From an uncultured delta proteobacterium (GTDB taxonomy: Bacteria > Desulfobacterota > Binatia > JACPRU01): a stretch of DNA of 24,000 nt. The position numbers and the translations under genes are program-made. Shown one piece after another: positions 18,124-24,000 of this stretch. The notes under the pieces are model-generated. The model saw only the letters and a program-made list of their open reading frames with translations. It did no database searches and was not told the DNA's origin. Numbering within the stretch: the first letter of the stretch is position 1; each line of letters starts with the position of its first letter. The stretch covers positions 11,522 to 35,521 of the forward strand of contig CAVUWD010000002.1 in the NCBI GenBank assembly GCA_963745025.1. Reading direction: 5' to 3'.

Positions 18124-19835
18124 CGAAGAGGATCATCCTGTTCGTCGCCCTCGTTCTCGTCGCCGCGCTCGCGGCCGCGCCTCGCCGCTGGGTTCCTCGC
18201 CTGCTCGAGCCCGCGCGCGCCGTGCTCGTCGGCGACGCCGCGTACCGGAGCCCGCCCGCGACCCTGCCGATCGACCTCGGAACGAGCGAGCCTCCCTGCG
18301 CGAACGAGCACCCGGAGTGGCGCGACGCGCAGGTGATCGAGGGTGTGGCGATCGAGCGCTCGACGGTATGCGAGCCCGACAATCCGTACCTCGTCGCGGC
18401 CGTCGTCAAAGGCACCAACAACGTCTCGATGGAGACGTTGATGAAATCCGGTCTCGCTCCCGACGCGGTGGTCAAGACGAACGATCGCGACGGCGACGGC
18501 GACCCCGACGACGTCCACATCAAGCTCGAGGTGGTGGAGCTGAACGGCCACTCGCCCGACACCCCGGAGCTCATTCCGCGCTTTCCGATCGCGCCTGGCA
18601 TCGAGCCCGGATTCTGGGTCTTTGCGCCGAAGAGCTTCGGAATGGCGACGAGGAGCCTCGAGGACCTGCGCGCGAATCCACTCTTTCGCGTTCCGTCCCC
18701 CTCGATCCGCGTCGAGCAGGGAGACCACGTCTCCGTCACGCTCGAGAACACGCATTACCTGCCGCACACGATCCATTTTCACGGCGTCGATCATCCCTAT
18801 CATTTCTTCCTCGACACCCCCGACGTGAAGGACGCGCGGGTCGGCAACGACGGCGTACCGGAGACCGACGAGCACACGGTCATGCCCGGCGACAGCCACA
18901 CCTACGAGTTCACGCCGCGCCATGCGGGCACGAAATTCTACCACTGCCACGTCCAGCCGCAGGCGCACCTGTTGATGGGGCTCCAGGGGATGTTCGTGGT
19001 CGAGGAGAACCGGCCCGACAACTGGCTCGAGACGCTGAACGTCGGCGCCGGCCAGGTCCGCCATCCCTCGGTCGCGGTCCGCGAGCAGTACGCGAGCGAA
19101 TACGACCTCCACTACATGGATCTGGACAAGAGCTTGCACGAGCTCGTGCAGAAGGTGAACGACCCGCGCCTGATCGCCCGGGCGATCAACCGCACCTACA
19201 ACATCACGAAGCGGGTGGCGACGTACTTCCTGCTGAACGGGCGGTCGTTCCCGTACACGTTCCGCGAGTCGCTGGTGGTGGTGAAGCCGGACGAGAAGGT
19301 GAAGCTTCGGGTGCTGAACGGCGGGATGTCGTTGATCTCGCTTCATCCGCACGGCCAGGCGGTGACGGAGACCGACCTCGACGGGATCGAGGTTCCCCCC
19401 GCGGCGCGGGTCACACGCGACGTCGTGGCGATCGCCGCCGCGCAGCGCGTCGATCTTCTCCTCGACACCACGAACGACGGCCTCCACAGCTACGGCGACG
19501 GCGTGTGGCTGCTCCACGATCACAACGAGCACGCGTTCACGACCGACGGCGTGAGTCCCGGAGGAAGCATCAGCGCGATCGCCTACGAGTCGTATCTCGA
19601 CGCGACCGGCTGGCCGATCACGCACGGCATCGACTGGAAGCCCTTCTTCTCGCCCGACTACTATCGCCGAAAGATTCCGGTGTGGGTCACCTACGACGAC
19701 CTGGGGATGCTCGGCGAGGCCGGACCCACGTCGCCGGCACCGAGGCAAGTGGCCGCGCGTGCGCTGCTCGCGGGTCTCGTAGCCGGCGCGCTCGGATCGG
19801 GGTTCGGCCGGCGGCGTCCGAGGCGGCTGCTTTGA
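18120..19835 (+). CDS. multicopper oxidase, two-domain type-C-like ligand arrangement, N-terminal signal/anchor and C-terminal TM anchor
   Basis: GTG 18120 overlaps the upstream stop (GTGA) inside ORF 18009..19835. Ligand motifs are HTIHFHG (18765-18785), YHCHVQPQAHLLM (18939-18977), LHPHG (19341-19355) and LHDHNEH (19512-19532). The N-terminal helix is KRIILFVALVLVAALAAA. The C-terminal helix ALLAGLVAGALGSGFG is followed by RRRPRRLL. Confidence 0.85.
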   Translation: MTKRIILFVALVLVAALAAAPRRWVPRLLEPARAVLVGDAAYRSPPATLPIDLGTSEPPCANEHPEWRDAQVIEGVAIERSTVCEPDNPYLVAAVVKGTNNVSMETLMKSGLAPDAVVKTNDRDGDGDPDDVHIKLEVVELNGHSPDTPELIPRFPIAPGIEPGFWVFAPKSFGMATRSLEDLRANPLFRVPSPSIRVEQGDHVSVTLENTHYLPHTIHFHGVDHPYHFFLDTPDVKDARVGNDGVPETDEHTVMPGDSHTYEFTPRHAGTKFYHCHVQPQAHLLMGLQGMFVVEENRPDNWLETLNVGAGQVRHPSVAVREQYASEYDLHYMDLDKSLHELVQKVNDPRLIARAINRTYNITKRVATYFLLNGRSFPYTFRESLVVVKPDEKVKLRVLNGGMSLISLHPHGQAVTETDLDGIEVPPAARVTRDVVAIAAAQRVDLLLDTTNDGLHSYGDGVWLLHDHNEHAFTTDGVSPGGSISAIAYESYLDATGWPITHGIDWKPFFSPDYYRRKIPVWVTYDDLGMLGEAGPTSPAPRQVAARALLAGLVAGALGSGFGRRRPRRLL

Positions 19836-19877
19836 CCGCCGCGGTCGTCGCGGCGCTCGCGGCCGTGCTCGCCGTCG

Positions 19878-20495
19878 GTGCGGGCTGCCGCCGAGCCCGC
19901 CGCGGATCGCTCGCACGAGGGCCATGCGATGGGCGGCATGCAGATGTCGGCGCAGGGCATGGTGATGAACCAGAACACCGACCGCCTGCCGCAAGACTGC
20001 GCGAGCATCTCGCAGGACGTCGCGATCACGGTTCATGCGGGAAGGAAGTACGCCGCGAAGTATCCGGGAACGATGTACGCCTACGATCGGGGTGCGTGGG
20101 ACGTGCCGCCGTGCTCGCGGGTCACCGTCACCTTGGTGAACGAAGACCGCGTGCGCCATCAGTGGATGCTTCACGGCCTGCCGCGCTACCTCTACCCCGA
20201 AGGGATGTTCCATCTCGAGGTGAGCGGCCCCGGGGAGGGAAGCGGCACCTTCATCGTGCCGAGCGCGAAGAAGACCTACCTCGTCCATTGCGACGTGCCG
20301 CAGCACGCCGAGAAGGGCATGAAGGCCGAGCTCACGGTGGACGGCGGCGACGGCGACCTGCCGAGCATTCCGGGCGTGTCGGCTGCGATCGAGCCCGACG
20401 CCTATCGCGTTCGCTGGGACGCGGCCACGCTGATCGTGGCGGGGGCGATGGGGTTTCTCGGCGCGGTATTCGGGTTCCGCGCGCTGCGACGGTAG
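19878..20495 (+). CDS. type-1 copper cupredoxin with Met/His-rich N-terminal region and C-terminal TM anchor; true 5' end uncertain
   Basis: ORF 19878..20495. Type-1 ligand motifs are VRHQWMLHG and YLVHCDVPQHAEKGMKAELTV (20286-20321 holds the H-C..H..M part). The Met/His-rich stretch is SHEGHAMGGMQMSAQGMVMNQ. The C-terminal helix is ATLIVAGAMGFLGAVFGF, followed by RALRR. There is no signal peptide in this frame (see finding at 19827-19935). Confidence 0.8.
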   Translation: MRAAAEPAADRSHEGHAMGGMQMSAQGMVMNQNTDRLPQDCASISQDVAITVHAGRKYAAKYPGTMYAYDRGAWDVPPCSRVTVTLVNEDRVRHQWMLHGLPRYLYPEGMFHLEVSGPGEGSGTFIVPSAKKTYLVHCDVPQHAEKGMKAELTVDGGDGDLPSIPGVSAAIEPDAYRVRWDAATLIVAGAMGFLGAVFGFRALRR

Positions 20496-20534
20496 GGCGT
20501 CAGTCTCGATAGAATGCTCGGCGATACGAAAAGC

Positions 20535-20583
20535 GCGCTTGGTGTTCGTCGATCCGTACTCGGATCGACGAAGAACCAAGCGC
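20535..20583. repeat. type A palindrome, second copy (core TCGATCCGTACTCGGATCGA), one-base bulge
   Basis: gcgcttggtgttcgtcgatccg (20535-20556), tact loop, cggatcgacgaagaaccaagcgc (20561-20583). It shares the ends and central core with 17326-17371. The arm interiors differ but remain complementary. Confidence 0.85.
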
Positions 20584-20599
20584 AACAGCGCTAAACGCA

Positions 20600-20864
20600 A
20601 TCTCGGTAGCTCAATCGATCGGAGACGGGATCGCGACCAGCGGGAGCGATCCGACACGGACGCTGATCTCGGTAGCTCAGCCCAAAAACCTCAATTACCT
20701 ACCCCGGTCTGCATGAAATCCAACTGTGGCGCAGTTCGATTCTTCAGCGATAACTCTTTGAACCTGCGGGGGTTTCCCGCACCATTTTCTATGGAATTGA
20801 GGGTTTTGGGCTCAGTCGATCGGAGATGAGTCGCGACCGGCAGGAGCGACTGTGAAAGACGTAG
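20600..20864. repeat. two tandem copies of a ~66-bp unit, the second split by a 132-bp insertion
   Basis: Unit 1 (20600-20665) is atctcggtagctcaatcgatcggagacgggatcgcgaccagcgggagcgatccgacacggacgctg. Unit 2 is atctcggtagctca (20666-20679) plus gtcgatcggagatgagtcgcgaccggcaggagcgactgtgaaagacgtag (20815-20864). Each unit has an internal hairpin: ggatcgc/gcgatcc versus agtcgc/gcgact. Confidence 0.75.
20680..20811. mobile_element. MITE-like non-autonomous element (132 bp, 17-bp terminal inverted repeats, TCA or CTCAG flanking duplication)
   Basis: The left end gcccaaaaacctcaatt (20680-20696) and the reverse complement of the right end (20795-20811, gcccaaaaccctcaatt) match 16/17. tca flanks both sides (20677-20679 and 20812-14). 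The interior is about 50% GC by hand count against a much GC-richer background. No ORF. It interrupts tandem repeat unit 2. Confidence 0.65.
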
Positions 20865-20905
20865 ACCGATTCGGTGGGTTATCGTTTTCCGCGCTGCGCG
20901 CGGTT

Positions 20906-20953
20906 GCGGTCGGTTGTGACCGACTCGAGTACGGGCCGATCACAACCGACCGC
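20906..20953. repeat. type B palindrome, second (degenerate) copy, core CTCGAGTACGGG
   Basis: gcggtcggttgtga (20906-20919) pairs perfectly with tcacaaccgaccgc (20940-20953). The interior ccgactcg-agta-cgggccga is only partly paired. It is preceded by the CCGCGCTGCGCGCGG motif, as in the copy after pmoB. Confidence 0.75.
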
Positions 20954-20993
20954 GCTCTCGATCTTCCCGAAGGATTCGGAGGTGAGGTGATCG

Positions 20994-21902
20994 GTGACGC
21001 ACGCTCCTGACGTCGTGCCGTCCCGGTCGCAGCGCGCACGGAAGGTCCTCGCGACCGCTGCCGTACTGGCGGCCGTCGGCGCCGCCCTCGTCGTGCCGCT
21101 CTGGCGGGCGAGCCCGCGGCTCCACGGCGCGGCGGAGGCCGAGATCGCGCCCCACGCCTACGCGGCGAGCGAGCCGATCGCCTGCGCGGGCGCTTCTCGA
21201 GCCGGGCCCGCGGGCGCCTCCCGACACGAGGCGACTCCCCGCGGGCTTCGCTACATGGTGAAGACTCCCGCCAACTATGACCCGACGCGGGCGCATCCGC
21301 TGCTCGTCGTTTACGCGTCCCACGGAGCGAATCGGTTTCTATCCGAGCGTTACGTGGGTCTCACGCGCGCGGCCACGGCCGAGGGATTCATCGTCGTTTA
21401 CGCGGACAGCCGTACGCTCGATCGGGCGACGATCGAAGATCTCGGCGGCATTCCCGAGAGCGTGGCGGCGCGGTGGTGCGTCGATCGCGGCCGAATCTAT
21501 TTCACCGGGCACTCCGACGGCGGTACGGCGGCGACCGCGATCACGGTCCTCGGCACGTCGCCGGCCGCTCCGGCAGCGATCGCGCCGAGCGCCGCCGGAT
21601 TCCGCCGCGAGGACCTGACGGCGCTCGCCTGCCCACCGCCGGTCTCCGTCATGGTGCTGCACAGCCGTGACGACGAGCTCTTTCCCTCGTTCGGCCGCGC
21701 GGCGGCCGAATGGTGGGCCGCCTGCAACGGTTGCGGGGCGAAGCCGGTGCCGCGCGCCGACGGCTGCCTCGTCTTCCCGGACTGTCAGCCACAGGGCGCA
21801 ACGCTCTACTGCGAGGGCGAGGGTAGACACGTGGATTGGCCGGACCGCAACCGGGCGCTGCTCGAGTTCTTTGGGTCGGCGAGAATCGTCGGTCGGCAAT
21901 GA
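20994..21902 (+). CDS. secreted alpha/beta hydrolase, polyhydroxybutyrate depolymerase / LpqC-type esterase family
   Basis: ORF 20994..21902 has a GTG start and GGAGG 11 nt upstream. It has an N-terminal helix KVLATAAVLAAVGAALVV, PLLVVYASHG, the nucleophile elbow FTGHSDGG and a Cys-rich C-terminus (ACNGCG..C..C..C) typical of this esterase family. Confidence 0.7.
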   Translation: MTHAPDVVPSRSQRARKVLATAAVLAAVGAALVVPLWRASPRLHGAAEAEIAPHAYAASEPIACAGASRAGPAGASRHEATPRGLRYMVKTPANYDPTRAHPLLVVYASHGANRFLSERYVGLTRAATAEGFIVVYADSRTLDRATIEDLGGIPESVAARWCVDRGRIYFTGHSDGGTAATAITVLGTSPAAPAAIAPSAAGFRREDLTALACPPPVSVMVLHSRDDELFPSFGRAAAEWWAACNGCGAKPVPRADGCLVFPDCQPQGATLYCEGEGRHVDWPDRNRALLEFFGSARIVGRQ

Positions 21903-22172
21903 GCTGACGCATCTGCGGAGCAAACTTGCAGACGGGGGTGTCTTCGAGTAGTTGCGTCATGAAGAGGAGTTGCGCGGCGGGGTGGATGGCGCTCCCGCCG
22001 CATATCGCCGATAGTCACCGTGCGATGGAGTGAAACTTGCTTGAGTTCTGGCTCGAGCGCTGACTGAATTCAAGCGTCCGGCGCTGCGGCCCGATTTTTC
22101 CGACGTCTTCTCCGGGAGAGCTAGTTAGTAGCGGCCTTCGAGCGGTGGCTGGTCGGGCAGGGGAGGAGGCAA

Positions 22173-22757
22173 ATGTACAATTCTTGGGCAACCGGCAGGA
22201 TAACCTCCCCGACGGATGGGCGGACGCTCATCCGTTCTTCGAATGAGATCAGTGAAAGCGCGGTCGCCTGGTATATCGTGCAGACCAAGCCGCACAAGGA
22301 GGGATCGGTCGAGAGCTTTCTCAGGGGCAAGGCGCGAGATGTATTTCTGCCGCGGATCGTCGAGCGAGTGAGAGCGGGTCGGACGATGCAACGTCGCGTC
22401 TCGCCGATGTTCCCGTCTTATCTATTCGCGCGTCTATCGCTCGATTCTCTCGGCAAGACCGTACGTTACACGCAAGGTGTGCGGGATTTCGTGCGCTTCG
22501 GCGGTCGTGCCCAGCCGGTCGCACCCGAAATCATCGACGCTCTCCGCATGCGAACTGAACCGCTAGGGTTCTACGAGCCTCCGCCGATCCGCTTCCGGGC
22601 GGGGGAGCGGCTCGAGATCAACGAGGGGCCGCTCCGCGGTCTAGCGGTGGTCTTCGAGCGCGAGATGAAAGGGCCCGAGCGGGTCGCCGTGCTGCTGGCC
22701 GAAATGTGTCTCGCCGCACGCGTGATTCTGGGATCCGAAGCTCTCTCGAGGGCGTAA
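22173..22757 (+). CDS. NusG-family transcription antiterminator paralog (RfaH/LoaP-like), heading a polysaccharide locus
   Basis: ORF 22173..22757 has a strong SD GGGAGGAGG 4 nt upstream. The NGN domain starts at WYIVQTKPHKE..FLPRI, and a KOW-like GERLEINEGPLRGLAVVFE is present. A ~30-aa N-terminal extension precedes the NGN domain. Confidence 0.75.
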   Translation: MYNSWATGRITSPTDGRTLIRSSNEISESAVAWYIVQTKPHKEGSVESFLRGKARDVFLPRIVERVRAGRTMQRRVSPMFPSYLFARLSLDSLGKTVRYTQGVRDFVRFGGRAQPVAPEIIDALRMRTEPLGFYEPPPIRFRAGERLEINEGPLRGLAVVFEREMKGPERVAVLLAEMCLAARVILGSEALSRA

Positions 22758-22813
22758 CGATTCGATCGGCAGTCGTTCGACGTGCCGACCTGGCTCTCTC
22801 GTAGCGATCGACG

Positions 22814-23798
22814 GTGCACTATCTGATCACAGGCGGGGCGGGGTTCATCGGCTCGCACCTCGCCGAGCGTCTGATCTCGCTCGGTGACAGTGTCACCATC
22901 ATCGACGACCTCTCGACCGGGTCGATCGATAACATCACGCATCTTCGAGCCTCACCCGAAATTTCACTACGTGATCGACGTCGATCGAGGAAAAGAGCCT
23001 ACTCGGCCGAGCTCGTGGACGAGGCGGACGTCGTCTACCACCTCGCCGCCGCGGTCGGCGTTCGGCTGATCGTCGAGAGCCCGGTCGCGCACCATCGAGA
23101 CGAACGTCCACGGCACGGAGGTCGTGCTCGAGCTGCGCCGACGAAGAAGAAGAAGCGCGTGCTGATCGCCTCGCACGTCCGAGGTGTACGGCAAGCGCGA
23201 AGCGAGTGCCCTTCCGCGAGGACGACGACCTCGTCCTCGGCCGCACCGACGAAGGGCCGCTGGAGCTACGCGTGCTCGAAGGCGATCGACGAGTTCCTCG
23301 CGCTCGCGTACTGGCACGAGAAGAAGCTGCCGATCGGTGGTCGTGCGCCTCTTCAACACCGTCGGCCCGCGCCAGACCGGCCGCTACGGCATGGTGATCC
23401 CGAACTTCGTCCCGCAGGCGCTCGCCGGCCGCGACCGATCACCGTCTACGGCGACGGCACGCAGATCGCGCTGCTTCACGCCACGTCCCCGACGTGGTCG
23501 GCGCGTCATCGTCGCTCGTCATCGCCGCCGGAGCGCCCGTCGGCGAGGTCTTCAACGTCGGCAGCGACCACGAGATCACGATCAATGCGCTCGCTGCGAT
23601 GGTGCGGGAAATGACGGAGAGCACGTCCGAGATCGTCCACATTCCCTACGATCAGGCGTACGCCGACGGTTTCGAGGACATGCGCCGGCGGATCCCGACC
23701 TGACGAAGCTCCGGCGCTTCACCGGGCACGCGCCGAGCAACGGCATCCGCGAAATCCTCCGGGACGTGATCGAATCCATGCGCGCGAGCGTGCCATGA
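22814..23798 (+). pseudogene. NAD-dependent epimerase/dehydratase (UDP-glucuronate decarboxylase-like SDR) interrupted by ~14 single-base indels
   Basis: Conserved segments alternate between all three frames. They read MHYLITGGAGFIGSHLAERL..DDLSTGS / KFHYVID / SIEEKSLL / AELVDEADVVYHLAAAVGV / RTIETNVHGTEVVLEL / KKKKRVLIAS / EVYGK / PFREDDDLVLG / RWSYACSKAIDEFLALAYWHEKKLPI. They continue VVVRLFNTVGPRQTGRYGMVIPNFVPQALAG / PITVYGDGTQ / SRCFT / HVPDVVGA..GEVFNVGSDHEITI..GFEDMRRRIP / DLTKLRRFTGHAP..ESMRASVP. Shifts fall near 22958, 22980-83, 23005, 23087, 23136, 23174, ~23200, 23257, 23336, 23435, 23465, 23481 and 23697. Confidence 0.85.
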
Positions 23799-24000
23799 GC
23801 CCCTGGCTTCCTTGGTTGGCGTCCTTCGCCGCCGGAGTGATTCTGGTACCGGCGGTTCGCGGGATCGCGCGCAAGCGAGACTGGATCGCGCCGCCCAAGC
23901 CGGACCGCTGGCACCGTGCGCCGACGGCGTTGATGGGCGGCGTCGCGATCTGGATGGCCGTGCTCGCCGGCGTCGCGCCGGCGGCGATCCATGACATGGG
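23795..24000 (+). CDS. glycosyltransferase family 4 polyprenyl-phosphate sugar-1-phosphate transferase (WecA/WbpL/MraY-like), N-terminal part only
   Basis: Not in the ORF track because it runs off the window. ATG 23795 overlaps the epimerase stop (ATGA). The product MSPWLPWLASFAAGVILVPAVRGIARKRDWIAPPKPDRWHRAPTALMGGVAIWMAVL matches the D.P..RK.H..P.P..GG motif region of GT4 initiating transferases. Confidence 0.7.
   Translation, partial: MSPWLPWLASFAAGVILVPAVRGIARKRDWIAPPKPDRWHRAPTALMGGVAIWMAVLAGVAPAAIHDM

Noticed and set aside
19512-19532. First reading: the MCO lacks a type-1 copper site because the late motif is HDH instead of HCH
   Set aside because: An HCH-x5-H-x2-M motif and an HxxHxH motif are present in the first cupredoxin domain (18765-18977). 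The blue site is therefore relocated (type-C-like order), not missing.
19833-19877. In-frame TGA between the MCO and the cupredoxin as selenocysteine or read-through, fusing the two proteins
   Set aside because: The 14 intervening codons (PPRSSRRSRPCSPS) look non-coding, and no SECIS-like hairpin follows the TGA. The MCO already ends in a complete TM anchor plus basic tail. Shared frame is a 1-in-3 coincidence.
20725-20750. tRNA-like T-arm (gcagttcgattc) inside the MITE-like element
   Set aside because: The flanking bases do not form the required 5-bp T-stem. No acceptor or anticodon arms can be drawn.
20600-20864. CRISPR array
   Set aside because: There are only two repeat copies. They are directly adjacent, with no unique spacer between them apart from the MITE-like insertion. 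The repeats are ~66 bp and diverged, and no cas genes are present.
21974-22001. Hairpin gcggcggg..cccgccgc downstream of the esterase as an intrinsic terminator
   Set aside because: The 8-bp stem has a 12-nt loop and no following U-tract. This is too weak to call.

Overview
GC-rich (roughly two-thirds G+C by eye, not computed) bacterial chromosomal window with about 24 protein genes and no rRNA, tRNA or CRISPR. The centrepiece is a complete copper membrane monooxygenase operon, pmoC-pmoA-pmoB (14439-17272, + strand), with every known pMMO metal-ligand set intact. After a 240-nt spacer holding two long perfect hairpins come three same-strand genes for membrane-tethered periplasmic copper proteins: a PmoD-like secreted/anchored protein (17539-18123), a multicopper oxidase with a type-C two-domain motif order (18120-19835), and a Met/His-rich cupredoxin (19878-20495). 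I consider this six-gene arrangement the most interesting candidate system. The intergenic DNA after pmoB and after the cupredoxin carries homologous composite palindromic elements whose arms differ but stay complementary. The second copy is expanded by a ~66-bp tandem repeat and a 132-bp MITE-like insertion. The left arm holds ordinary metabolic genes: SDR epimerase, GFA-domain protein, hbd, membrane cytochrome c, glnS, ygiD-like dioxygenase, pcaC-like decarboxylase, a beta-hydroxyacid dehydrogenase, an MBL-fold lactonase-like protein, an Ldh2-family dehydrogenase and lhgO. It also holds an antitoxin remnant, a sensor adenylate cyclase and doxX. The right arm holds a PHB-depolymerase-family esterase and a NusG paralog heading a polysaccharide locus (SDR epimerase, GT4 phosphotransferase). 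Two genes, glnS and the right-hand epimerase, are broken only by dense clusters of single-base indels, while about 20 kb of other genes is clean. This looks more like local sequence-quality patches than old pseudogenes, and a similar single-base problem may hide the cupredoxin signal peptide. Many long ORFs in the track are antisense or off-frame shadows typical of GC-rich DNA, and I ignored them. Taxon cannot be assigned from this window.
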